From positions 1 through 51,807 of the forward strand of contig JBDRNT010000162.1 in the NCBI GenBank assembly GCA_043810925.1: a DNA stretch of 51,807 bases, read 5' to 3'. Position numbers and translations under genes: made by a program. Source of the stretch: Candidatus Eiseniibacteriota bacterium. GTDB taxonomy: Bacteria; Arandabacterota; Arandabacteria; Arandabacterales; Arandabacteraceae. Below the pieces are notes generated by a model. It had not been told where the DNA came from. It did no database searches and worked only from the letters and a program-made list of their open reading frames with translations. Numbering within the stretch: position 1 is the first letter of the stretch; each line of letters opens with the position of its first letter. This document shows, in pieces, positions 36,340-45,349 of this stretch.

Positions 36340-37413
36340 CTACAAACCGTGGCATCTTGCGCACAACTTGATTTGCTTCTTATCGGTGGTTATCTGCTTC
36401 CTCAGGTTCCGGTAGCGCGCACCGTTCCATGCGTTAAAGATACCGTCATCGACATGTCCCAGCACGAGTTCAGCCCTTGGATCCAGACAGCACGGGACCA
36501 GTCGGCCGTCTGCAAGTATGGTAAGACCGGTCCATAAGGTCTGACAGAAGTTCGGGACCTCTTTATCCCAGCCCAGCGTGTCGTCGGCCATATGTGTGTA
36601 GATCCTGTACTTCTCCTGGGCGGGTTCAAACTTCCGGAACTCGCTTACTATCTCTTCCCGACCCCAATCCGCGTTATTAAATCCGACGGGCTTAAATGCC
36701 AGCCGATCAACGCCGATCTCATCCGCAAGCTCTCTTACCTTCTCTATGTCGCCTTCGTTATGCTTCATCACGAGGAATTGGAGTTCGATCAAGGGACTTG
36801 CGACCCGCAACTTGCGCTTGAGTTCAACCATCTTCTTGACGTTGTCCACCACCAGGGAGAAATCTCCCCGTCTTCTGTACATCTCATAGGTACGTTGCTC
36901 CGCGCCGTCCAGCGAGAAATAGATTTCATCCAGCCCCGACATCAAAAGTGCTCTGCGACTGTGATCGTCCTTGAGAAAATGAGCATTTGTTCCCATGATG
37001 ACCCTGAGGTTCCTCTGTTTTGCATAATAAACCATGTCGAAGATTTCTTTGTTTAAAAGCGGCTCGCCGTAGTTTGTCAGGTTCACCTCGACACAGTATG
37101 GTGCAATCTCGTCGATAATCTTCGTGAAGGTCTCGAACGACATGTTCTCCGGTTTCCTGTTAAGCGTGCGCTCTCCCGTGGGGCAGAGCGGGCACTCGAG
37201 ATTGCATATGTTCGTGACCTCAATCAGTGCGGAGTACGGTTTTCCCAGGTTCCTGTCGAGCTTAAGCCCATGGGACAGCCTCGCGAGCGCCATGTTAAAG
37301 AGCTTCCGGTAACCCCGCTCAGGGTCTCTTGAAGCTCTCGCAATCCGCCTGGCCATGTTGGCCAGCCTGGCGAACGCGTTGCCTCGCTCCCGGCCCTTCT
37401 TGAATTCTTCCAT
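36340..37413 (-). CDS. Radical SAM protein with SPASM/twitch domain
   Basis: CNLECPLC, GEPLL, FSLDG; C-terminal C...W...DG...PCC...CARC. Confidence 0.92.
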   Translation of the reverse strand: MEEFKKGRERGNAFARLANMARRIARASRDPERGYRKLFNMALARLSHGLKLDRNLGKPYSALIEVTNICNLECPLCPTGERTLNRKPENMSFETFTKIIDEIAPYCVEVNLTNYGEPLLNKEIFDMVYYAKQRNLRVIMGTNAHFLKDDHSRRALLMSGLDEIYFSLDGAEQRTYEMYRRRGDFSLVVDNVKKMVELKRKLRVASPLIELQFLVMKHNEGDIEKVRELADEIGVDRLAFKPVGFNNADWGREEIVSEFRKFEPAQEKYRIYTHMADDTLGWDKEVPNFCQTLWTGLTILADGRLVPCCLDPRAELVLGHVDDGIFNAWNGARYRNLRKQITTDKKQIKLCARCHGL

Positions 37414-37611
37414 CTCCGCCTTTCTGTCAGTCTCTCTCTAATATCGGGTCAATCGAGATGAATATCAAGAAAACATATGCAGGGCAAGCACGAACCGGTG
37501 ATATCGCGGAAACGCCGGATCTTGATATTGATGTGAGTGAGAGGTAGATTGTCCGTATGTTGGGAAAAAAGAGTCGCGGATTACGGCACTGAAGGCCTAA
37601 GGAGGATACAA

Positions 37612-37983
37612 GTGGCGACCATAACGATCAAGACGGCAGAGCCTTCCTACGGCAGGCAGAGGTTCTATACGGCCCTGCGGTTTGCGCTCACGGCACTTCA
37701 TGAGGGACACCAGGTGAACCTCTTTCTCTACGAGGACGCGGTCTTTGCGGCGAAGCAGGGTCAGGAGCCGGGGGATATGCCTGCGCTCCTGGATGAGAAG
37801 ATGCCCAGATGTGAAGGGCTGCTTGCGGCTGCGATCAGCCAGGGTGCGAAGGTGAAGATCTGCGGGGTGTGTGCGGCCGAGCGTGCGCTCAGGCAGGATG
37901 AAGTAATCGAAGGTGCCGAGATAGGTTCGATGCGGGAGCTGGTGAACTGGATTGTAGATTCCGACAAGGTGGTCACGTTTTAG
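37612..37983 (+). CDS. DsrE-family sulfur relay-like protein
   Basis: AAGGAGG RBS and GTG start; PSYG...ALRFA...LFLYEDAV..AK.GQ...CGVCA..R...W...SDKVVTF. Confidence 0.85.
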   Translation: MATITIKTAEPSYGRQRFYTALRFALTALHEGHQVNLFLYEDAVFAAKQGQEPGDMPALLDEKMPRCEGLLAAAISQGAKVKICGVCAAERALRQDEVIEGAEIGSMRELVNWIVDSDKVVTF

Positions 37984-37989
37984 GGAACT

Positions 37990-38066
37990 GAGATCGCCAC
38001 GCTTCGCTCGCGATGACATTGGAGTAGTCGTTCGCGATGACAGGGATCTACCGTCTCACGATGACA
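37990..38066 (-). repeat. GTCATCGCGAG-family repeat, one full and two partial copies
   Basis: Reverse complement of 37990-38017 is GTCATCGCGAGCGAAGCGTGGCGATCTC; CGATGACA recurs near 38035 and 38059. Confidence 0.7.
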
Positions 38067-38083
38067 CCGGCGGATGACTAATC

Positions 38084-38165
38084 TTGGTGTCACCGAAATT
38101 AGTGGACAATTAAGTTTGGTGTCACCGAAATTAGCGGACAATTAAGTTTGGTGTCACCGAAATTA
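38084..38165 (+). repeat. 32-nt tandem repeat, about 2.6 copies
   Basis: TTGGTGTCACCGAAATTAG(T/C)GGACAATTAAGT starting at 38084, 38116 and 38148. Confidence 0.9.
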
Positions 38166-38167
38166 CG

Positions 38168-38196
38168 TTGACTTGAAGTCAGGTGTTGACTACACT
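38168..38196 (+). promoter_or_regulatory. sigma70 promoter of the tdk operon
   Basis: TTGACT-17 nt-TACACT. Confidence 0.55.
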
Positions 38197-38285
38197 TTCT
38201 TATACCAATCTCGTTCTGAGAGGTTGTCCTAGTTTACGCATAGACCCACTCCGCGAAACGAAGGAAAAGTACAGAGGTCGTTATC

Positions 38286-38843
38286 ATGGATGGTGACGTA
38301 GGCTGGATAGAGGTCATCTGCGGCAGCATGTTCAGCGGCAAGAGTGAAGAGCTGATCAGACGACTCCGCCGGGCCACTATCGCGAAGCAGAAGGTACAGG
38401 CCTTTAAGCCAGTAATAGATGACAGGTACAGCCCCGATGACATCGTCTCGCACGACGAACGGCGGATCGAATGCCTTCAGATCAAACGGGCGAGCGATAT
38501 AGCCGGCCTAATAGAGAAAGACACGAAAGTCGTCGGTATCGATGAGGCCCAGTTCTTCGGCGATGATCTCGTCGAGTTATGCGAGCACCTCGCGGAGAGC
38601 GGCAGACGGGTGGTTGTTGCGGGTCTGGATCAGGACTACCGGGGAAAGCCGTTTGAACCGATTCCTCAATTGCTTGCCCTGGCAGAGAGCATCACCAAGA
38701 CGATGGCGGTATGCATGGTGTGCGGTGCGCCCGCTAACAAGACTCAGAGACTCATAGAAAGCGACGAGAGAATAGTAGTGGGCGCGGGCGAGGCTTACGA
38801 GCCGAGGTGCAGGAAGTGTTACGAGCCTCGGGAATCCAGGTAA
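38286..38843 (+). CDS. tdk: Thymidine kinase
   Basis: [25 protein letters not shown], Zn ligands CMVC/CRKC. Confidence 0.97.
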   Translation: MDGDVGWIEVICGSMFSGKSEELIRRLRRATIAKQKVQAFKPVIDDRYSPDDIVSHDERRIECLQIKRASDIAGLIEKDTKVVGIDEAQFFGDDLVELCEHLAESGRRVVVAGLDQDYRGKPFEPIPQLLALAESITKTMAVCMVCGAPANKTQRLIESDERIVVGAGEAYEPRCRKCYEPRESR

Positions 38844-38908
38844 ACCCCGCGGCCTCCGTGAATCCGGCGGGGCCGGTCGAAGCTGTGTCCGCCGACGGTA
38901 ACCGGTTT

Positions 38909-39607
38909 ATGTCATCCATCGTTGAGAACATCAAGGACCTGAATGAGAGGATAGAAGACGCCTGCGCGAGGGTGTCGCGCGGCCCAAAGGAGATCACGGT
39001 AGTCGGTGTGACCAAGACGGTTGAACCGGCGAGAATCCAGCAGGCGGTCGATGCGGGGATGACCGTCCTGGGTGAGAATCGTATCCAGGAAGCCGCATCG
39101 AAGATCGACGCCGTACGCGGGCCCGTCACCTGGCACCTGGTCGGTCATCTTCAGCGAAACAAGGTGAAGAAAGCGATCACGATGTTCGATATGATTCAAT
39201 CCGTGGATTCGCTGGAGCTTGCACTGGAGATCGACAAGCGCAGCGAGCAAGTGGGCAAGGTGATGGACACACTAGTCGAGGTCAACACTTCGGGTGAGGA
39301 GACCAAGTACGGTATTGCACCGGAAAAGGCAGTTGACCTTATCGGAGAAATCTCGCACCTTAACAACATCACTGTCAGGGGCCTAATGACGATAGGGACT
39401 TTTACCGATGATGAAGGCCTGATCAGAGACTGCTTCAGAACCTTGCGTGAGCTCGGTGAACGCGTCGCCACGTCGGGAATCCGGCGTGCTGAAATGAAGT
39501 ACCTGTCCATGGGGATGACATCGGATTATGAATTGGCTATTGAAGAAGGTTCGAATATGATAAGGATCGGCACGGCGATATTCGGTGCCAGGTTTTGTCA
39601 GCCGTGA
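38909..39607 (+). CDS. yggS: YggS family PLP-binding protein
   Basis: VGVTK, GENRIQE, WHLVGHLQRNK, GLMTIG, LSMGMT.D, RIGTAIFG. Confidence 0.95.
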   Translation: MSSIVENIKDLNERIEDACARVSRGPKEITVVGVTKTVEPARIQQAVDAGMTVLGENRIQEAASKIDAVRGPVTWHLVGHLQRNKVKKAITMFDMIQSVDSLELALEIDKRSEQVGKVMDTLVEVNTSGEETKYGIAPEKAVDLIGEISHLNNITVRGLMTIGTFTDDEGLIRDCFRTLRELGERVATSGIRRAEMKYLSMGMTSDYELAIEEGSNMIRIGTAIFGARFCQP

Positions 39608-39637
39608 GTACAAAGCTCTGAAAGGGGGCGCGTCCAA

Positions 39638-40159
39638 TTGACTATCAGCCCGCTCGATGTAAGAAACCAGGTCTTCAAGCGCAGAGTCAGAGGCTTCGAC
39701 GTCGATGAGGTCCGGATGTTTCTGGATGTGGTGGCGGACCGGATGGAGGAGATGCTCAGAGAGAAGGAGACGCTTGAGAAGGACAACACCATACTGGGCG
39801 AGAAGGCCGACTGTTTCACCGATCTCGAATCATCACTGAGAGAGACGATGGTTACCGCACAGCGTATCAGTGACGAAGCCAAGATGCATGCCCAGAAGGA
39901 GGCGGACAGCATCATAAGGGAGGCTGAAATAGAGGCCAAGCGCAGGATCTCGGACGCGATGAGCCGGATGCATGACCTGGAGCGGTCCCGAGAGAGCGCA
40001 CGGAACGAGGCGTCCGTTTTTGTTGCGAAGGTGAAAAGTCTGCTTGAGTCGCAGCTCAGGTTCCTCGGCGACATCGAAAGTGAGATAAGAAGTGAGACAG
40101 GACAAGAGAGTCCCCCTGCGCAAGAGGGGGTGGAAGTCTGCGAAGATGTAAGTTCCTAG
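39638..40159 (+). CDS. DivIVA domain protein
   Basis: ISPLDVRNQVFKRRVRGFDVDEV followed by a coiled coil. Confidence 0.9.
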   Translation: MTISPLDVRNQVFKRRVRGFDVDEVRMFLDVVADRMEEMLREKETLEKDNTILGEKADCFTDLESSLRETMVTAQRISDEAKMHAQKEADSIIREAEIEAKRRISDAMSRMHDLERSRESARNEASVFVAKVKSLLESQLRFLGDIESEIRSETGQESPPAQEGVEVCEDVSS

Positions 40160-40217
40160 GTTTACAATGATAATCACTGTATTGGGATAGTGGTTCTAAC
40201 GGAGGGTCGGGTAAGAG

Positions 40218-40520
40218 ATGACAGACACGAATGAGGTTTCAGAAGCGCAGGAGAAAGCATCGTCCATCACGGTCCGGGTTTCACCCAAGTCTCAGAAGGG
40301 ATCGGTGGTCGGCTGGATGGATGACGGCGCTCTTAAAGTGAAGGTGCTCGCCGCACCGGAGGGTGGCCGGGCCAACATCGAGCTGTTGAGAGTTGTTGCG
40401 GAGGGGCTCAAGATCCCCGTACGCCACATAACCCTCAAGAGCGGAGCAGGTTCGACAACAAAGGTCCTCAAGATACTGGGACTGGATGATGAAGAGGTAA
40501 AGAGGAGGCTCACAAGATGA
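40218..40520 (+). CDS. DUF167 (YggU) family protein
   Basis: VRVSP, LKVKV.AAPEGGRAN, SG..S..K. Confidence 0.88.
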   Translation: MTDTNEVSEAQEKASSITVRVSPKSQKGSVVGWMDDGALKVKVLAAPEGGRANIELLRVVAEGLKIPVRHITLKSGAGSTTKVLKILGLDDEEVKRRLTR

Positions 40521-41338
40521 CGGACTTGAAGAGACGGATAAATGAAGCCCGCAGCTTCGTCCGGTCAAAGACATCCATCAAGCCGGACGTGGCGATCATT
40601 CTCGGTACGGGTCTCGGCGGGCTTGCGAAGGAGATAAAGCGGGCGGTTCGAATCCCGTACGATCAGATTCCGAATTTTCCCGTCTCGACGGTCATCGGGC
40701 ATTCGGGGGAGCTCGTTGTCGGGCAGCTCTCGGGCAAGAAGGTCGTCGCCATGAACGGGCGGTCGCATTACTACGAAGGCTATTCGATGGAAGAAGTCAC
40801 GTTCCCCTTAAGAGTGATGAAATTCCTCGGGGCCAGGACACTTGTCGTATCCAATGCAGTCGGCGGCATGAACCCGTTTCATAAACGCGGTGACATCTGC
40901 CTCATAGCCGACCACATAAACCTGATGGGTGATAACCCGCTCATCGGGCCCAACGACGACTCGATAGGGACGAGATTTCCGGACATGTCGGAGCCCTACA
41001 GCGAGAAGCTCCTGGATCTTGCCGATGAGGTCGCACTTGAACTCAGGATAAAGGTACACAGGGGAGTGTTTGTTGCGGTCGCCGGTCCGAATCTCGAGAC
41101 CAGGGCCGAGTACAGGTTCTTAAGAGGCATAGGCGCCGATACGGTCGGGATGTCGACCGTACCCGAGGTGCTGGTTGCACGCCACATGAACATGAAGGTC
41201 CTGGGGCTTTCGATTGTCACGGACCTGTGCCTTCCTGATGCGCTTCAGCCCGCCGATCACATCGTGATCATGAAGGCGGCCCAGCGCGCGGAACCCAATC
41301 TCACACGCATAGTCAAAGAGGTCTTAAGGAGACTATGA
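40517..41338 (+). CDS. Purine-nucleoside phosphorylase (trimeric type)
   Basis: ILGTGLG, GR.HYYEG, GPNLET.AE, VGMSTVPE. Confidence 0.95.
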   Translation: MTDLKRRINEARSFVRSKTSIKPDVAIILGTGLGGLAKEIKRAVRIPYDQIPNFPVSTVIGHSGELVVGQLSGKKVVAMNGRSHYYEGYSMEEVTFPLRVMKFLGARTLVVSNAVGGMNPFHKRGDICLIADHINLMGDNPLIGPNDDSIGTRFPDMSEPYSEKLLDLADEVALELRIKVHRGVFVAVAGPNLETRAEYRFLRGIGADTVGMSTVPEVLVARHMNMKVLGLSIVTDLCLPDALQPADHIVIMKAAQRAEPNLTRIVKEVLRRL

Positions 41339-44300
41339 AGTCAGGACAGCCGGTATTTGAGAGAGCGCCATCCAAGGTAGTCGCTCCCGAAGCTGAGGAG
41401 CGTATCCTCAAGTTCTGGGAAGATGAAGACATCTTCAGGCAGAGCATTTCCAGGCGGTCTCCCACAAAACGATTTGTATTCTACGAGGGCCCGCCCACGG
41501 CCAACGGCCAGCCGGGGGTGCATCATGTGATCACCAGGGTGCTCAAGGATCTCGTCTGCAGATTCAAGACGATGAAGGGGTACCAGGTTGTGCGAAAGGC
41601 GGGGTGGGACACGCATGGTCTGCCGGTTGAGATCGAGGTCGAGAAAGAGCTCGAATTCCAGAGGAAGGAAGACATCGAAGAGTTCGGGATCGAGGAGTTC
41701 AACAAGAGATGCAGAGAGAGCGTATTCAGATACAAGGACCAGTGGGTCGCGCTCACACGGCGCATCGGCTTCTGGCTCGATCTGGACAATCCATATATCA
41801 CGTGTACCAACGACTACATCGAGTCGATCTGGCACATCTTGAGGAAGATGTGGGATGCGGATCTGATCTACCGGGGTCACAAGGTACTTCCCTATTGTGC
41901 CAGGTGCGGAACACCGCTTTCCAGTCATGAGGTCTCCCAGGGGTACGCCGACAAGGAAGACCCGTCGATCTATGTGCGGCTCAAGATCGTGGATGATCCG
42001 GACACCAAACTGCTGGTGTGGACGACTACTCCCTGGACGCTGATATCCAATATCGCGGTCGCGGTCGATCCCGATCTTACGTATCTCACCGTACGCTATG
42101 GTGAGGAGACCCTGATCATCGCGGAGGACCGCGCAGAAGCGGTCCTGGGAGAGGATTTCGAAACCCTCAAAGCCATGAAGGGGGCCGATCTCGTGGGTCT
42201 TCGCTATGAGGCCCCATACTCATTCGTGAAGCCGGATGGCAAAGCATATGTGGTCGTCGCGGCCGGCTTCGTCACCGCGGAGGATGGAACCGGACTTGTC
42301 CATACGGCTCCCGCCTTCGGAGAGGATGACTACAATCTCGGGAGGCAGGAGAATCTTGCCTTCTTAAACCCGGTGCTCGATGACGGGACCTTCAGCGAGG
42401 ATATCACCCCCTGGAAGGGCCGCTTCGTCATAGACACCAACGATGACATCATAAAGGATCTCGATCAGAGGGGAATTCTCTTCAGAGCCGAGAAGGTGAT
42501 CCACACGTATCCGTTTTGCTGGAGATGTGATTCACCGCTGATCTACTACGCGCACCCGTCCTGGTACGTGAAGACGACGGCGTTCAAGGACGAGATGATC
42601 AAACTGAATGATACCATCAACTGGCATCCGGGTGAGTTCGGATACAACCGGTTCGGCCAGTGGCTTGAAAACAATGTCGACTGGGCCTTGAGCCGGGAGC
42701 GCTACTGGGGAACACCGCTCAATATCTGGGTATGCGAATCGTGTGCGAAGGAATACTCTGTCGGCAGCGTAGAGGATCTTAAAGCGCGGGCTCTTGAGCT
42801 TAAGGGTGAGATGGACCTTCACCGGCCCTGGATCGACAACGTTCATCTTAAATGTGAAGCATGCGGCGGCAGGATGGTCAGAACTCCCGAGGTGATCGAT
42901 TGCTGGTTCGACGCGGGCGCGATGCCGTATGCGCAGTATCACTATCCGTTCGATGAGGAAGGGCTGTTCGACGGGCAGTTCCCCGCCGACTTCATTTCCG
43001 AGGCGGTCGACCAGACACGCGGCTGGTTTTACTCGCTGCTTGCCATCTCGACCTTCATGTCACATGAACCGTGCTTTAAAAACGTGCTGGTCGCGGGACA
43101 CGTTCTCGATGAGAACGGCCAGAAGATGAGCAAGTCGAAGGGCAACGTCGTCGACACCCAGAGTGTCGTGGACAGGACCGGCGCCGATCCACTGCGCTGG
43201 TATCTCGTTGCCTCATCACCGGTGTGGCTCCCGACCAGGTTTAATGTCGATCACGTCGTGGAGGTTGCGAGAAAACTCCTCGGGACCTTGAGAAACGTAC
43301 ATTCCTTCTTTACTCTCTATGCGAACATAGACTGCTTCGATCCGCGCAAGCACACCGTAGCGATCGAGAAGCGATCACTGATGGACAGGTGGCTCGTGTC
43401 GAGGCTGAATTCGCTCATAGCCTATGTCGATGAGGAGCTGTCCGGTTACGAGATCACAAGGGCGGCGAGGGCGATCCAGGACTTCGTTATCGATGACCTG
43501 TCGAACTGGTATGTCAGGCGGTCGCGGAGACGGTACTGGCGCCACGAGATGAACGATGACAAGGCGTCTGCGTATGCGACGCTCTACGAGGTGCTCGAGT
43601 GCCTCTCGAGACTCGTCGCACCCTATCTTCCGTTCGTCGCCGATGAGATCTACAGGCATCTTGTCCTGCCGGTCGATGACAATGCCCCACGGAGCGTCCA
43701 CCTGTGCGATTATCCGGTGAGCGATCCCGGGTTGGTCGACAAGGACCTCGAGGCGGCGATGGACGCGGTGATGAGGTGTGTCACACTTGTACGCGCCGCC
43801 AGGAACCGGGCCCGAATAAAGGTGAAACAGCCGCTTGCGGGTGTGAGACTCAAGTTCCGGGAGAGGGTCGAGGGCGAATTGCTGTCCGCGCTCCTTCAGC
43901 ATCTTAAGGAAGAAGTAAATGTCAAAGAGGTGTCGATTGACCATGACATCTCCGACTTCGTCTCATACGAGGTGCTCCCGAGATTCGATGTCCTTGGTCC
44001 GAGGCTTGGGGATAAGGTAAAGGCCGTGAAGGACGAGCTTGCATCGATCGACATGGCTTCAATCGCAAAGATTGAAAGCGGCGGCACCATAACGGTACCG
44101 GTTGGCGGAAACGACATCGAACTGGGACCGGACGACCTCACCGTAAGAAAGAGCGAGAAGGACGGCTATCTGTTCGAATCCGACGGCGCCAATTCGATCG
44201 TGCTTGACGCCGGGATCACTCCCGAGCTTCTTGCGGAGGGGTGCGCACGCGAGATCGTCAGCGGAGTCCAGAACCTTCGAAAGAAATCCGGTTTCGACGT

Positions 44301-44487
44301 GACCGACAATGTGAAGATCTTTATTTCCGGTGGTGACCTTACGGCCAGGGCGATCGAGCTCTACGGTGAGCATATCAAGAGCGAGACGCTTGCCGTTACG
44401 ATAGTAAGCAGTCTCCCGGACGGCAAGGAACCGGCGGAACTGTCGGTGGGTGAGGAGAAGGTCGCAGTAGTGCTTGAGAAGGTATGA
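41335..44487 (+). CDS. ileS: Isoleucine-tRNA ligase, type 2
   Basis: EGPPTANG.PGVHH, GWDTHGLP, WTTTPWTL, SRERYWGTP, DQTRGWFY, KMSKS; long type-2 C-terminus. Confidence 0.98.
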   Translation: MKSGQPVFERAPSKVVAPEAEERILKFWEDEDIFRQSISRRSPTKRFVFYEGPPTANGQPGVHHVITRVLKDLVCRFKTMKGYQVVRKAGWDTHGLPVEIEVEKELEFQRKEDIEEFGIEEFNKRCRESVFRYKDQWVALTRRIGFWLDLDNPYITCTNDYIESIWHILRKMWDADLIYRGHKVLPYCARCGTPLSSHEVSQGYADKEDPSIYVRLKIVDDPDTKLLVWTTTPWTLISNIAVAVDPDLTYLTVRYGEETLIIAEDRAEAVLGEDFETLKAMKGADLVGLRYEAPYSFVKPDGKAYVVVAAGFVTAEDGTGLVHTAPAFGEDDYNLGRQENLAFLNPVLDDGTFSEDITPWKGRFVIDTNDDIIKDLDQRGILFRAEKVIHTYPFCWRCDSPLIYYAHPSWYVKTTAFKDEMIKLNDTINWHPGEFGYNRFGQWLENNVDWALSRERYWGTPLNIWVCESCAKEYSVGSVEDLKARALELKGEMDLHRPWIDNVHLKCEACGGRMVRTPEVIDCWFDAGAMPYAQYHYPFDEEGLFDGQFPADFISEAVDQTRGWFYSLLAISTFMSHEPCFKNVLVAGHVLDENGQKMSKSKGNVVDTQSVVDRTGADPLRWYLVASSPVWLPTRFNVDHVVEVARKLLGTLRNVHSFFTLYANIDCFDPRKHTVAIEKRSLMDRWLVSRLNSLIAYVDEELSGYEITRAARAIQDFVIDDLSNWYVRRSRRRYWRHEMNDDKASAYATLYEVLECLSRLVAPYLPFVADEIYRHLVLPVDDNAPRSVHLCDYPVSDPGLVDKDLEAAMDAVMRCVTLVRAARNRARIKVKQPLAGVRLKFRERVEGELLSALLQHLKEEVNVKEVSIDHDISDFVSYEVLPRFDVLGPRLGDKVKAVKDELASIDMASIAKIESGGTITVPVGGNDIELGPDDLTVRKSEKDGYLFESDGANSIVLDAGITPELLAEGCAREIVSGVQNLRKKSGFDVTDNVKIFISGGDLTARAIELYGEHIKSETLAVTIVSSLPDGKEPAELSVGEEKVAVVLEKV

Positions 44488-44885
44488 AGGAGGACCAGTT
44501 GAACCCGAAGGAGATGGACCGGTTCAGAAAACTCCTTGACGAGGAGCGCAAGAGGGTTCTCGAAGAACTTGGCTGGGTCGAGGAAAACTACGTCGGCAAG
44601 GCGAGAGAGGATTCCGCCGGTGGGGTATCCGCCTACTCGGTACACCCCTCCGAAGGGGCCAGCGATTCGATGGAGATGGAGAAGGCGTATATGATAGGGG
44701 CCTCCAGCGGTGGGGTCCTTGAGGACATAGATGAAGCCCTGGCGAGCATCGACGATGGCAGTTACGGGAAGTGCGAAGAGTGCGGTGAAGACATATCTGT
44801 GGCACGGCTCGAAGCCGTCCCGTATGCCAAGCTGTGTATCAAGTGCAAGACCAGTCGTGAAAACTCCGAAGGAGCTACCCGGTAG
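44484..44885 (+). CDS. TraR/DksA C4 zinc-finger family protein
   Basis: GSYGKCEECG..I...RLEAVPYA.LCIKC. Confidence 0.9.
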   Translation: MKEDQLNPKEMDRFRKLLDEERKRVLEELGWVEENYVGKAREDSAGGVSAYSVHPSEGASDSMEMEKAYMIGASSGGVLEDIDEALASIDDGSYGKCEECGEDISVARLEAVPYAKLCIKCKTSRENSEGATR

Positions 44886-45349
44886 TGCAGTCAGCAGCCG
44901 TTGCGGCGCTGGTGGTCTTGATCGATCAGGCCACTAAGTTCGCGGTCACAGAGAGGTTGACGATAGGTGAGAGCCTGCCCGTCGTGAGGAACCTCGTCTC
45001 GTTCAGACACATACGCAACACGGGTGCGGTGTTCGGGATAATGAGAGGGGCCGGGGGCTACTTCACAGTCTTTTCCATCGTGGCGGCGGCCATCCTCATA
45101 GTCGTTCTCTTTGTTTCGCGCAAGTCATCGTTGTTTGTCAAGGCCTCCCTCGGACTGATTCTTGGTGGTGCCGTCGGTAACCTGATAGACAGACTGCGGT
45201 ACGGAAACGTCGTCGACTTTGTTGATTTGGGAATAAGTGGGAAGCTTCGCTGGCCGTGTTTCAATGTAGCGGACGTGGCAATCACGGTGGGCGTCGCCCT
45301 TCTCGTCATAAACACGCTCAGAAAGCCGGAGACAGATAGCACGGGATGA
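44885..45349 (+). CDS. lspA: Lipoprotein signal peptidase II
   Basis: DQATK, NTGAVFG, GGAVGNLIDR, V.DF, FNVAD. Confidence 0.96.
   Translation: MQSAAVAALVVLIDQATKFAVTERLTIGESLPVVRNLVSFRHIRNTGAVFGIMRGAGGYFTVFSIVAAAILIVVLFVSRKSSLFVKASLGLILGGAVGNLIDRLRYGNVVDFVDLGISGKLRWPCFNVADVAITVGVALLVINTLRKPETDSTG

Noticed and set aside
36340-37413. Radical SAM/SPASM enzyme as a RiPP maturase, for example for the 70-aa peptide
   Set aside because: No RRE domain or adjacent precursor seen, it is 30 kb from the peptide gene, and its neighbours suggest glycan modification
38084-38165. 32-nt repeat considered as CRISPR
   Set aside because: Units are contiguous and the intervening 14 nt are nearly identical, so there are no unique spacers
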